Positions 24,705 to 39,300 of a DNA stretch of 64,000 nucleotides are shown here, piece by piece; position 1 is the first letter of the stretch, and each line of letters starts with the position of its first letter. Under the pieces are notes generated by a model. The model was not told where the DNA came from and searched no databases. It was given only the letters and a program-made list of their open reading frames with translations. The stretch comes from Octopus vulgaris (Eukaryota), in assembly GCA_951406725.2 (NCBI GenBank), contig OX597836.1, positions 13,702,001 to 13,766,000 on the forward strand, written 5' to 3'. Made by a program: the position numbers and the translations under genes.

Positions 24705-25095
24705 CTCTCTTTTACTTGTTTCAGTCATTTGACTGTGGCCATGCTGGAGCACCGCCTTTAGTCGAGCAAATCGACCCCGGGACTTATTCTTTGTAAGCCC
24801 AGTACTTATTCTAACGGTCTTTTTTGCCGAACCGCTAAGTGACAGGGACATAAACACACCAGCATCGGTTGTCAAGCAATGCTAGGGGGACAGACACAAA
24901 CACACACGCATATATATATATATATACATATATACGACAGGCTTCTTTCAGTTTCCGTCTACCAAATCCACTCACGAGGCATCGGTCGGCCCGGGGCTAT
25001 AGCAGAAGACACTTGCCCAAGATGCCATGCAGTGGGACTGAACTCGGAACCATGTGGTTGGTTAGCAAGCTACTTACCACACAGCCACTCCTGCA
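24705..25095 (-). mobile_element. Family A SINE, full length
   Basis: Same sequence as the other family A copies. Confidence 0.85.
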
Positions 25096-25650
25096 TGTAT
25101 GGTTTCTTTTTGTATCATTCATTTTGAATTACCCTGTAAATCAGTTTTAACCTCTGTTTTTCCAAATTTTCACAGGTCAGACAAGCCCATGCTGGAACAC
25201 AGTTTCAACAACCAGATCTTCTTGTTACATTCTTACAAGACAAAGAACCTTTGAGAAAGGAGGGGGGGGGGCATTGGAGGAGGTGATCTTGTGCCAGATG
25301 ATGAGAAGATTAGTGTGGGACAGAAGCAGAAACTGGTGTCTTGCTGTAGAGAAGGTTCAGGGTTTCCCAGCCAGAGCAATAGAGTGATCAAGGGTGAGGA
25401 CAGAAACGGGTGTGCTGCTGTAAAGGAGATTCACGGCTACCCAACCAGGAGGAAGAGAGAGAGTTAGCAAGTTTAGGTGGTGGGAGTTAGTCAATTACAT
25501 CAAACCCAGTACTTGACTGGTGCTTTACTTTAGCAGCCACTGGAAGGATTTGAACTCATAACATAAGCTATGCCACTAAGCATTTTGTCCTATGTGCTAA
25601 TGCTTCTGTAGTCTTGCTACCTTCATGATAATAATATTACAGATTTCTTA

Positions 25651-26360
25651 AGGTGGCAAGCTGGCAGAGACGTTAGCACGCCGGGTGAAATGCTTAGCGG
25701 TATTTCGTCTGCCGTTATGTTCTGAGTTCAAATTCCACCGAGGTCGACTTTGCCTTTCATCCTTTCGGTATCGAAAGTACCAGTTACGCACTGGCGTCGA
25801 TATAATCGACTTAATCCGTTTGTCTGTCCTTGTTTGTCCTCTCTGTGGGTAGTAAAGAAATGGGTATTTCATCTGTCTTTACGTTCAGAGTTAAAATTCC
25901 ACCGAGGTTGTCTTTGCCTTTCATCCTTTCGGAGTAGAAAGTACCAGTTACGCACTGGGGTTGATATAATCAACTTAATCCGTTTGGCCCCTTATGGGTA
26001 ATAAAGAAATAGGTATTTCATCCGCCGCTGCATTCTGAGTTCAAATTCCACTGAGGTCATCTTTGCTTTTCAACCTTTCGAGGTCGATAAATTAAGTACC
26101 AGTTATGCGTGGGGTCGATGTAATCAACTTAATCTCCTTGTTTGTCTTCTCTATGTTTAGCCCCTTGTGGGCAATAAAGGAATAAGAAACCTGCCAGGTA
26201 AAATGCTTAGCAGTATTTTGTCTTTCTTTATGCTCTGAGGTCGACTTTGCCTTTCGTCCTTTCGGGGTCGATAAATTAAGTACCAGTTGCATACTGGGGT
26301 AGATGTTATCGACTGGGCCCCTCCCCCAAAATTTCAGGCCTTGTGCCTAGAGTAGAAAAG
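25651..26360 (+). mobile_element. Tandem cluster of about 4 family B SINE units
   Basis: The unit ttctgagttcaaattccaccgaggtcgactttgcc...gtaccagtt is repeated. Confidence 0.75.
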
Positions 26361-27345
26361 AATATTATAGATTTCTTGTGTGCAAGTTAGTAATAATTTA
26401 AAAAATTTAATTTTTAGTGTGTGTATGTAAAGAGGATGATAGCTGCAAGAATTTCATCATCATCATCGTTTAGCGTCTGCTTTCCATGCTGGCATGGGTT
26501 GGACGGTTCAACTGGGGTCTGGGAAGCCAGAAGGCTGCACCAGGCCCAGTCTGATCTGGCAATGTTTCTACGGCTGGATGCCCTTCCTAACGCCAACCAC
26601 TCCGTGAGTGTAGTGGGTGCTTTTTACATGCCACCGGCATAGGTGCCAGACGAGGCTGGCAAATGGCCACAATCGGATGGTGCTTTTTACATGCCACAAG
26701 CACGGGGGCCAGGCGAGGCTGGTGCTTTTTACATGCCACCAGTATGAGGCCAGTCGGGGTGGCACTGGCAACATCCACATTCGGATGGTTCTCTTACGTG
26801 CCACTGGCACTGGTATCACAGCTGCAATTTCCATTGATGTTGATCGATTTTGATTTTGATTTTCACTTGCCTCAACAGGTCTTCACGAAGAAAAAATTTC
26901 TAAGGAGTGCATAGTATAATAAGATTGGGAGGAGAGGAGGCACACTGAAGGGATTCATATTATAGGAATGATGATGCACATTGTGGGACTGGGAGAAAGG
27001 GATGTAAATTGTAGGGCTGGGAGAAAATGTGTACACAGCAGGGCTGGAAGAAGGATTGATCAATATACGACGAGCCTAGGGTACCGAACATACTGTCACT
27101 TGCCCTGACACCTGTACTCATGGAAAATAATCAATTAATTTAATGAACAATTCTAAAGAACAAAGATAAGGTGACAACCCCTAAAATTAAAATTTAGGAA
27201 AAATAATCCCTGTTCTTTGAAAGAAACTTCACCAAGCAGTGCTTCATATCCTTGATTAGGGATATCTGGCCGTTATTTCTAGCATTTTGAGGGGCCCCAG
27301 TGAAGCTCCACCCTTTATTTATGCAGTGTGTGATCTCTCTCTCTA

Positions 27346-27734
27346 TCTATATATAAAGCTGAAATTGTCTGTGTATGGCAGGTTTGGTAGCCTTCAACTA
27401 ACACTATCTCCTCCGAGACCCTGCGGCGCAAGTTGACCAAAATTGAGAGTATGATAGAAGAAGGCTTGCTCTTCATTCCGTAGAAGAAAAAATTCAAATC
27501 GGACCATGTTAACACCAAAAATTATTTACATCAAAAGGGTGCTTTTTTTCTATGATAATCCCTATTTTTAACGATTTTTTTTAATGCTGTGTCGCCGTTT
27601 TTCGGTGTATTTCAACCAGAAAAATGTTCACTCAAAGAGAATAACAAGCTACATAATGCAGAATTTTTACTTTTCAAAAATTCCAATTCTCAAAGGTCGA
27701 AACAAACCCGAGCAACGCCGGGTGATTCTGCTAG
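27346..27734 (+). mobile_element. Non-autonomous Helitron
   Basis: A|TCTATATATAAAG at the 5' end; 3' hairpin ACCCG-AGCAACGC-CGGGT (27706-27723); ends CTAG|T; inserted at an AT dinucleotide with no target-site duplication. Confidence 0.8.
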
Positions 27735-28034
27735 TTAAACTCTATAGTTGTTGCCTTCGTCTTGTTGAACACGTAAGAAAGAGTGAAGGATTAAAGGCTG
27801 ACACAGTTAACTCCCTTGGACCTTTATTCCCTTATTACGTAAACGGTGAGCATTCTCTTGCATTGACATGTAAACAAGCACACATACGTACACACTTTCT
27901 CCCCTCCCCCTCACACACTTTTCCTTCCTCCCTCCCTCTATCCCCCCTTCTTCTCCATGTAATCTGTCACTCATGTAGGTACTAAGGCACAGAGACATTC
28001 ACCCACTGACACACATACATAGGTAGGTACTCAC

Positions 28035-28708
28035 GGTCCTACTTAAGAAGAGTGGTCCCGGTGCGCGTCCTCGCGCATCCGCGCTAGCTAGTCGTGACTA
28101 GTCGATCCTACAATGACTACCTAGAAAAGTAAATAAGACACAAAATAAATTAATTTTTTTTTACACAAAAATAGGCGCAGGAGTGGCTGTGTGGTAAGTA
28201 GCTTGCTTACCAACCACATAGTTCCGGGTTCAGTCCAACTGCGTGGCATCTTGGGCAAGTGTCTTCTGCTATAGCCCCGGGCCGACCAATGCCTTGTGAG
28301 TAGATTTGGTAGACGGAAACTGAAAGAAGCCTGTCGTATATATATATGTATGTATATTTGTGTTTGTCCCCCTAGCATTGCTTGACAACCGATGCTGGTG
28401 TGTTTACGTCCCCGTTACTTAGCGGTTAGGCAAAAGAGACCGATAGAATAAGTACTATTCTTACAAAGAATAAGTCCAGGGGTCGATTTGCTCGACTAAA
28501 GGCGGTGCTCCAGCATGGCCACAGTCAAATGACTGAAACAAGTAAAAGAGTAAGAGTAAAAAAAATTATTTTTTAAAACAAAGTAAATAAAATACAAAGT
28601 AAATAATTTTTTAAAACAAAATAGAACAAAAACACAAAGTGAGGATCGACTAGTCACGACTTGCTAACGCGAGTGCGCGCACCGGGACCACTCTTCTTAA
28701 GTAGTACC
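28035..28708. mobile_element. Mutator-like MITE with CpG-rich inverted repeats of about 70 bp
   Basis: Inverted repeats at 28035-28109 and 28642-28708 begin GG; 9-bp target-site duplication GGTACTCAC / AGTACTCAC. Confidence 0.75.
28174..28559 (+). mobile_element. Family A SINE nested inside a MITE
   Basis: Full-length copy lying between the inverted repeats of the 28035-28708 element. Confidence 0.85.
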
Positions 28709-30950
28709 AGTACTCACTCATACACACATGCATCCGGCTAATATAAAGTACATATACACACATACGTACAATCTGATAAACATATAACCACATATATACA
28801 CATGAATTAACACACATACATATACACACATTCTGTTTATATCAATGGTGACGTTGTTTTAAAGATATTCCAAGTCATTGACATTATTCGGAGAAAGATG
28901 ACGGAGGAGGTGAGGGACAAACAGACAGATAGATGCATGAAAAGGCTGACATATAGGCAGACTGACGGACATGCTCGAACACATATATATAGACCCGTGC
29001 ACACACACGTACATATAGACAAACACGCATACATATAAGACAAACACAGACAAACGCACACACATAGACATACACACACACACACATATAGACATACACA
29101 CACACATATAGACATACACACACACATATAGGCATACACACACACATATAGGCATACACACACACATAGGCATACACACATACACATATAGGCATACTCA
29201 CATACACATAGGCATACTCACATACACATAGGCATACTCACACACACATAGACATACTCATACACATAGACATACTCACACACGCGTACACATAGACATA
29301 CTCACACACACACATAGATATACTCACACACACAAACAATGATGCATAAGTTGACAAACACACAGATACACGCACACACATACAGGCAAACATGCACCCA
29401 TATATACAGAAACACACACACAAACATAGAGATATACACACACACACACATAAAGGCAAGCACACAGACAGACATGCATGCATGCATACATATAGACAGG
29501 GTGACACACACACACACACACAAATAATCAAATTATCTTAAAACCATTTCATGTTTGACAACCAAAAAAAAAGAAAGTAAACACAGACCTCAACCCGTTG
29601 TGAGTTCATGGTCCTTGCTATCTCTGTGTTATCATCTCCGTTGTTGTTGTTATCAGGTCAACTTCTTGGTTTGTCTCCTCTACACCATCACCACCACCAC
29701 TACCACCACCCCTACCACCTACTTCACCCACTGTACCTGTAATGTGATTGCGAAATAGATTTTGGTTAATATTATACTTCTATATCTGTACTACTGCACC
29801 CCTCTCTCTCTTGATGGTTTTGTCTGCCCCCATATAAATATACATGTGCAAGCACACACACATGTATACATACATACACACATGTATACACACACACACA
29901 TATATAATCTACATACATATATATACATATAGGTATACATACAAACATACACATATATATATATATATATACATGCTTATATATACAAATAATTCACACA
30001 CACACACAATGTATGCATGTAAACATATATATATATATATATATATATAAATGGAGGTGCAATGGCCCAGTGGTTAGGGTAGTGGACTCACGGTCAGAGG
30101 ATCGCGGTTTCGATTAACCTTTGGGTACATATTTTGTTCACTAGTCAGCAAGTGGGGAAGCCTGTATATCCAAAACAAATTTTCTCTTATGAGGACACTG
30201 ACAAAACATTTCACTCTTTGAATTTAAGAACCCACCCCACCCCCACCCACATCTCAGATAGATAGATCGATAAATTCACACAGGCATTCACAGGAACAAT
30301 TACATGCGATCATAAAGCACACTTGCATAAATACATATATACACATCAAAACACACACATATACATACATACATTAGCAAATGATTTGTTTGAATTTATG
30401 AACATAAGCCACAAACTCTCATTAGATCCATTAGTCTTGGGATACAGTTGACTGAAAAGGCACAACAATATTGAAACCCAGGGTGTCTTAAAGTCCCCTT
30501 ATGCTAATGAATCAAGTGTTATAAACTCCATCTGAAATAAGTGATTTGCATATCCGTGTTAAGATCTGCTGGAATATATTAACAAGGAGTATATTTGTCA
30601 TCATTCTGATTCTCACTCTTCACCATGCACACATCAGTAAATAATTTGCTAGCTGAATTTATAAACAAGAGCCAGGAGCTCTTCTTAGATTTATAAATCT
30701 GGAGAAACATTGACTGAGGAGACAGAACAATGTCGAAACATCAGGTGTCCCAAAGATCCCTTACACTAATGAGCATAGTGTAACGAATACACATTCATTT
30801 GAAAGGAAAAGTTAATCCCCAATGATGAAATATAACAGCAATTATTACACTGAAGTCCTAATCTGCCTGAGATGTGTCAAGAATGAATATACAAGCCAGC
30901 ATTCCGAGTCTTGCTGTTCCCTGTGCACACAGGCAGATGATAATTTGTTA

Positions 30951-31156
30951 TACTCTTTTATTTGTTTCAGTCATTTGACTGCGGCCATGCTGGAGCACCG
31001 CCTTTAGTTGAGCAAATTGACCCCAGGACTTATTCTTTGGATGCCTAGTACTTATTCTATCGCTCTCTTTTGCTGAACCGCTAAGTTACAGGGGACGTAA
31101 ACACACCAGCATCGGTTGTCAAGCGATGTTGGACACACACACACACACACACACAC

Positions 31157-31205
<49 letters not shown>

Positions 31206-31380
31206 TATACATATATATGACGGGCTTCTTTCAGTTTACGTCTACCAAATCCACTCACAAGGCTTTGGTCGGCCCGAGGCTATAGTAGAAGACACTTGCC
31301 CAAGGTTCCACGCAGTGGGACTGAACCCAGAACCATGTGGTTGGTAAGCAAGCTACTTACCACACAGCCACTCCTGTGCC
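30951..31380 (-). mobile_element. Family A SINE, full length
   Basis: Same sequence as the other family A copies. Confidence 0.85.
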
Positions 31381-31544
31381 TAGTTAAATAATAATTTCTA
31401 CAACCGGTCCACACCTCTTTTCCAACCTCCCTCATACCTGGATGAATTACCTCCCTTCATGAAACAGCACCACACTTTATTTAATCTCTTGGCTTTGACT
31501 CACTGGTGCCAACCAATACCTTATCACACTTCCCACACCAAGCT

Positions 31545-31600
31545 ACAACCACCACCACCACAATTACTACTATTACTACCACCACGACCACCACCACTGT

Positions 31601-31636
<36 letters not shown>

Positions 31637-32090
31637 CTCTACAACTTCTGCTACTACCACCATCACCACAACTATTACTGCTACCACTACCACCACCACC
31701 ACTACAGCCACGACTATTACTACCACCACCACTGCTACTATTGTTATTACTATCACCACCACCATCACTACTTTTATTACAACCACAACCACCACCACTA
31801 CTATTTTTACTATATCACCACCACTGCTACCACCACTACAACTACTACTACCACCGCCACCACTACTATTGTTACTATTATCACCACCACCATCACTACT
31901 ACAGCTACAACCACCACTACTTCTATTACTACTATCACCACCACCACCATCACTACTACAACTACTACTACCACCACCACTACAACCACTACTACTACTA
32001 CTACTACCACCACCACCGCTACTATTGTTACTACTATCACCACCACCACCACCACTACCATCACTATTACTACTACCACCACTACTACTG
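31545..32090. repeat. (CAC/TAC)n trinucleotide tract
   Basis: Compound ACC/ACT microsatellite. Confidence 0.9.
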
Positions 32091-32520
32091 TTAGCTAGTT
32101 GGTTGGTACATTACTTTCTGCTATTAACTAGCAATTAGTAGCAAGCTATCAACTAAACCAGTGGCTTCGCTTGCACTCACCATCATTGCTTCTGTCACCA
32201 GCAGAAAAACCAATGAGTCAGTCTCTATGTGGATGTTTTGCTTGCTAGAAATAGTAGCCAAAATCTCCAAACTGATGCTCTGACCATCTTAGAAATAAAA
32301 TGGAAGGACATATTAGACTAGCCAATGTAGTTTTTGATATACAATAAGACAGGGTGGTCATGGCCAGAATGTTTTTTCTTTTTTTTTTTTGCTTATAGGG
32401 TTGATCATTATGGACAGATCACAGGCTAAATACAAGCCACAGTAACAATAACAACATCTACAATAACTATCATTATTGGAATCACTGCCATGACCACCAC
32501 CCTCTATGCTATCATCACAA

Positions 32521-33070
32521 TCACTGCTTCCCTAAGATTACCACCACCACAAGACTCCATCACCACCTCCACAAGACTCTGCGACCACCACCACCTCCAC
32601 AAGACTCCACCACCACCTCCACAAGACTCCAACACCACCACCTCCACAAGACTCCGCCACCACCACCACCCCCACAAGACTCCACCACCACCCCCACAAG
32701 ACTCCACCACCACCCCCACAAGACTCCACCCCCCACCCCCACAAGACTCCACCACCACCCCCACAAGACTCCACCACCACCCCCACAAGACTCCAACACC
32801 ACCACCACAAGACTCTGCCACCACCACCACCTCCACAAGACTCCAACAGCACCACTACCTCCACCCCCACAAGACTCTGCCACCACCTCCACAAGACTCC
32901 GCCACCACCACCACCACTGCAATTATTGCCTGCTACTACCTACACTACAACGTCCTGAGACTATCACCACTCACATTACTACTATTACTGCCACCAACAC
33001 TGCAATTATTGGCCACCACTAGCATTACGACAACCACCACCCAAGACTAACATTACTTTCAAAACTACTA
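32521..33070. repeat. CCACAAGACT(CCA)n minisatellite with unique flanks; paralogous to 21603-21880
   Basis: Shared flanks cactgcttccctaagatt... and ctactacctacactacaacgtcctg...actttcaaaactact. Confidence 0.85.
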
Positions 33071-33183
33071 CTACCACCACCTCCACCACTACTTTTGGCT
33101 ACCACTACCAACACTACAACCACCACTTCTTTCACAAACACTAGCCAGGACTTTTGCTACCACCACTACTACAACCACCTGCA

Positions 33184-33223
<40 letters not shown>

Positions 33224-33943
33224 TATCCAGCATTAACACTACCATTGCCATAGCTTACTAGTACTACTACTACCATAACCACTGCAATCAACCCTCATGA
33301 CCATCAGCACCATCTGTACTACTGTCATTACTACAGCCCAATTTTAGTACCACCACCACTACCACTCAGCGCTACCTCCATTACTTTCAGTATCATCATC
33401 AAAACAGCTACCATTACAACTACTATCTCTGTCACCACCACTACGACCACTATCACCACCAACACCACCACTATCACAACCACCATCACAATCACTACCA
33501 CCGCTACTACCATCACAACCACCACCACCGCCACCACCTTCACAACCACCATCATCACCACTACCACCAATACCTTCAACACCACCACTATCATCACCAT
33601 CACATCACAACCACCACCACCATCACAACCACCACCACCTTCACAGCCACCACCACCTTCACAGCCACCACCTTCACAACCGCCACCATCATCACCACTA
33701 CCACCATCACTACCGCCACCAACACCACTATCATCATCACAACCACTACTACGACTTTCACTATCACCCTGCTATCACCACCAGCACCACTATCACAAAC
33801 ACCACCACCACCACTATTGTCATTACCATTACTACTACTATCACCTCCATCCAGTAGTACCACCACCACCATTACACTGCCCCCCCCCCCCCCACCTAAT
33901 CAACGTACCTTGACTCAGGCCGTTACCTTAACATTGTCAAGAC

Positions 33944-33982
33944 ATGGAACAACGGCGAAAGACCTGTGCAGAACTTTTCGAG
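33944..33982 (+). CDS. Vac8-like putative first coding exon
   Basis: gacATGG Kozak-like start; MEQRRKTCAELFE|gtatta; phase 0 matches the next exon; a unique-sequence island among microsatellites; no homology support. Confidence 0.45.
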
Positions 33983-34417
33983 GTATTAAACATTTCTCGT
34001 TTGTTTTTTAATTGATTTTTATTAATTTAAACAAAAGTGATGTTATTGTCATTCGTTAATTAGCGTGTACACACACACATACACCTATATACACATATAG
34101 GTGTGTGTGTGTGTGTATATATATAATTTATTGTGTATTGTTTATCAGTGTAAACATGTTTGTGTGTTGTTTATTAATGTACACACACACACACACACAC
34201 TTTTATATAAACGAATTATACACACACATACACATATCTGCTAATTAATGTTTATACATATTAGTAAACAGAATTTTATATATTTTACTCTTTATCTTTT
34301 ATTAAACTTTTAATACTTTTGATATATATTTAAAATAATATAAATGAATTAATTTTATGTATTGGCTTATGTTTTTCATCGTTTGATTTGCCTAATAGTG
34401 GTTTTATCTCTAATTTA

Positions 34418-34457
<40 letters not shown>

Positions 34458-36362
34458 GGTTTGGAGATGATGTACAGGTATTTTATATTAGGAGAAATGA
34501 GGTACTCAGAAGTTCGGATGTATATAATTTATTGTTTATATATGTGTGTGTGTGTATATATATATGTATAATTTATTGTTTGTGTTTTGTGTATAATTTG
34601 TTTATGTATATGTGTATATATCTATGTGTATATGTGTTTATATATTTATCTATGTATATATGTCTATATATTTATGTATGCATATATATGTATATATGTG
34701 AGTGTATATATATATAATCTATTGTTTATGTGTGTATGTATGTATATAATTTATTGTTTGTGTGTGTGAGTTTGTATATAATCTATTATGTGTGCATGTA
34801 TGTATATATGTATGTATATAATTTATTGTTTATGTGTGTGTGAGTTTGTATATAATCTATTATGTGTGCATGTATGTATATATATATATGTATGTATATA
34901 ATTTATTGTTTATGTGTGTGTGAGTTTGTATATAATCTATTATGTGTGCATGTATGTATATATATATGTATGTATATAATTTATTGTTTATGTGTATGTG
35001 AGTTTGTATATAATCTATTATGTGTGCATGTATGTATATATATATATAATGTGTGTGTGTATGTAGAATATGTGGGGTTTAGTTCACTTGTGATCAAAAT
35101 GAATAGGTACGCTGAGCAAGTGCTATAGTTCGTTGTCTGTTAGGTTCCCAGTTCATACCTGAGGCTGGATCTAGGGATTCGTATTAGGGTTCTGTTATTG
35201 AAGGTATATATTATATTAGAGAGGAAAAAAGCAAAACCAAATCAGAACGGGTATCTCAAGTCATTTAGAATAATTTAGTCAGGGTAACATGGATTTGAAG
35301 TCTTACAGCCGTTTCTCGAATAACCCAAGCAGTAGGTTAGCATGTCCACACACTGGGTATTCCATCATCAGAGACAAGGTATGGATATTTTAGACAGGGA
35401 AAATTTACAGTTTACAAAGAATAAAATATATTCACAGTTTATAAAGAATAAAGGAGAAAATAGGAGAATAAAGCGTAAAGGTAGTTAGAAAAATATAGGC
35501 AGGAGAATAATGTTCATAACTCGTCTTTTTCCAGAAGATATGGATGTTGGTTGGTACTTCCATGAAGATATAGGTCTTTAGTTAAAAATCACCTGAGAAT
35601 CATTCCTTTATTCTTCTATTTTATTCCTTGTAAACTGTAAATTTTCCCTGTCTAAAATATTTATAACATGTCTCTGATGATGGAATACCCAGTGTGTGGA
35701 CACGCTAACCTACCACTTGGGTTATCCCAGAAACAGCTGTAAGACTTGAAATTCGCCTTACCATAATCAAATTATTCTAAATGACTTGAGATACTTGTTC
35801 TGCCTTGGTTTTCCTTTTCCCTCTAATCAATATATGTATGTATATTTATCGTGTGTGTTATTAGAAGATGTCTATTTATACATGTGTATGTTTTTATTTA
35901 TATGCATGTCTTTTATATATGTTTGTGTGTTGTGTGTGTATATAATTTATTGTTTATATATATGTGTGTGTGTGTGCGTATATATATATATATATATAAT
36001 TTATTGTTTGTGTTTTATGTATAATTTGTTTATGTACATGTGTATATATGTGTATATATGTATGTATATATATGTGTATATATATTTATCTATGTATATA
36101 TGTGTATATATTTATCTATGTATATATGTGTATATATTTATGTATGTGTATATATTCATGTATGTATATATGTGTGTATATATGTCTATATATTTATGTA
36201 TGCATATATGTGTATATATGTATGTGAGTGTATATATATGTATATATATATATGTATATAATTTGTTTATGTGTGTGTGAGTTTGTATATAATCTATTGT
36301 TTATGTGTGTATGTATGTATGTAATTTGTTTATATGTGTATGTTTGTATATAATTTATTGTT

Positions 36363-36397
<35 letters not shown>

Positions 36398-39300
36398 TGA
36401 TCACCGTGGCCGACCAGTCTATCAGATGTTGCTACACATCGCTGGTCACAATGCGCTTCGCATTGTTTTAGCCTTCGAATGACGCCACCCCGCTTGCTAA
36501 GCGAGCAGGCCAACAGAAGAAGAAAGAGTATAGCAGAGATCGTCACCACCCTCTGCCGTAGCCTCGTAGAGCTTTAGGTGTTTTCGCTCAATAAACACTC
36601 ACAACGCCCAGTCTGGGAATCGAAACTGCAATCCTACGACTGCGAGTCTGCTGCCCTAACCACTGGGCCATTGCGCCTCCACATATATATATACACACAC
36701 ACACACGCACATACAACGGGCTTCTTTCAGTTTCCTTCTACCAAATCCACTCAAAAGGCTTTGGTCAGACCAAGGCTATAGTAGAAAACATTTGCTCAAG
36801 GTGCCACACCATGAGATTGAACCTGGAACGACGTAGTTGGGAAGCAAGCATCTTACCACCCAGCCACATGTATATGTATTTATTTATTTAGTTATTTATT
36901 TATTTATTTATGAATATTTGTTTATGTATTTATTTTCCTTGCAGTGAATAAATTTAAGCATTTCCGCTATCGTATGACACTTGGCACCTTTACAAAAAAA
37001 AACTGCTCAAACCATCAATCTATCAACCTTAATTAATTAGGCCTGTGATTAAACACCCACAACCAGCTATGGCTATTTCATCATTTTGCTTTCTTTTTTC
37101 CACCCAGACATCATCTACCTAGGATTACATTATCCAATGTGCTTCTTTTTTTAAAAGAAAATAAGGGGTAATTCTCTTCAGTCATTTGACTGTGGCCATG
37201 CTGGAGCAGCGCCTTTAGTTGAGCAAATCAACCCCAGGACTTATTCTTTGGAAGCCTAGTACTTATTCTATTGGTTTCTTTTGCCAAACTGCTAAGTTAC
37301 GGGGAGGCAAACACACCACCATTGATTGTCAAGCGATGTTGGGGGGGGGGGGGGACAAACACAAACGTACATATACACAGGAAACTCGCTCACAGACATA
37401 AAGCAGACACACGTACATGTGGACTGTGTCAAAACAAACATACATACGCAAACACATACAGGCACATAAACATTGCACGCACACACACACACACACACAT
37501 GTGGACAATGACAAAGCACACATATATAGATACAAACATACACACACAAATATACACACACAAATATACACACGCAAATATACACACACAAATATACACA
37601 CACAAATATACACACACAAATATACACACACAAATATACACACACAAATATACACACACAAATATACACACACAAATATACACACACAAATATACACACA
37701 CAAATATACACACAAAAATACACATACAAACATACACATACACACAAACATGCACACACAAACATGCACACACAAACATACACACACACATGCACACACA
37801 AACATACACACACACACACACACACAAATGCACAAACACACAAATATATATGCACACACATATGCACACATTTACATGCTCACACATGCATGTTCACACA
37901 CTCACAGACATACAAACGCACACACACAAACACACACATACAAACACACACATACAAACACACACATACAAACACACACACACAAACACACACACACAAA
38001 CACACACATACAAACACACACATACAAATGTACACATACAAATGCGCGCGCACACACACACACACATACGTGTGTGTGTGTGTGTATACCTTTGACCTCT
38101 AATTAACAATTAGCACCTAAAATTCTCTAATTATAACCATTTCACCGTAGTGACATCTCTTGTCTTCTTGGTGGTCTTGTGACACACAGACACACACCTA
38201 TCACCACCACCACCATCCATCCATCCATCCGGCCATGCCCCCCCCCCCACCGCCACTCTCACTCCTGGCCTTGTTGAGCTCTGACTTCCCCTCTCTCATC
38301 ACACCCTTCCTCCCACTACATCCCACAATACTATTGTATACCAAACAATAACTGTCAAGAGTTGTTCTTTTAAAACTGGTCATTGTTGTTGTTGTTGTTG
38401 TTGTTGCTTATTGTGTTCTGGACAAGATCCAACCTTAATGTGGTCATCAGAGGTGCTAGAAATAACAGTCAAATTTTCTTCAAAGAAAGAGTACACTATA
38501 TAATATAGTCTAGCCCTACATAGTACTAAGACAGGATGGTCAGATGTGGATTTCCTTTGATTATAGGTCTGCTTGATAAGAGCTGACACAGGGCTAAACA
38601 GCAACATGATTGAACTTCTATAGGTCAACTGAACTGCTAGAAATAATAGTCAAATTTCTTCAGATCACACCTTATTGTCTGAAGTAAAAGAAGGGTACAT
38701 TAGTAAGATAGGATGGTCATGCCTGGATTTTCTTTGATTAGGGCTGACTTGGGAGCAAAACAACAATACTTAGTCTCTGTATAATCACCAAAGCTGCTAG
38801 AGATATCAGACAAACCTTCTTCAAATCGCATCTTAATTTCTTAACAAAGGGCCTGTTAGATAATCTAGTCCTACATGGCACATCCTTCAACAGGATGGTT
38901 ATGCTTGGATTTCCTTTGATCTTAGGTTTACTCAATCAGAGCTGATCTAGAGCTCAACAACAAGAGTTATTGAAGGTACCTCAATGCCAGTGGTTTCCAA
39001 CTGGGATACTACCACACCCTATAGCAGGAGTTCTTATTCCAATGAATGGGGATTCCTAAGGTACCAGTATCTAATAGGAAGAATAAAATAAGATGATCAT
39101 AAATGGAAAGCACATGGCTCAGGTGGAGGTATTGTTTTCAGTAATGTTTGTTTGTTTGTCCGTGGACAAGATATCTCAAAAACCGTTGGATGAATCTGGA
39201 TGAAACTTTCAGGGATGTTTGGCCTCATGACTGGCATGAACTGATTGGATTTTGGGATCGATCCGGTTCAGGACAAGGATTCTAGATTATTTGTTATATT

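Larger units (their letters stand above)
35214..35830. mobile_element. Inverted pair of Penelope-like terminal repeats (arms about 210 bp)
   Basis: 35214-35428 is the diverged reverse complement of 35617-35830; each arm carries a hammerhead motif; flanked by TA/TG microsatellite. Confidence 0.65.

Noticed and set aside
31459-33050. Thr-, Pro- and His-rich mucin- or extensin-like ORFs
   Set aside because: Trinucleotide and minisatellite tracts, with no signal peptide, splice context or single preferred frame.
37271-38109. HT- and CV-rich ORFs up to 274 aa
   Set aside because: Translations of (CA)n-derived repeats.
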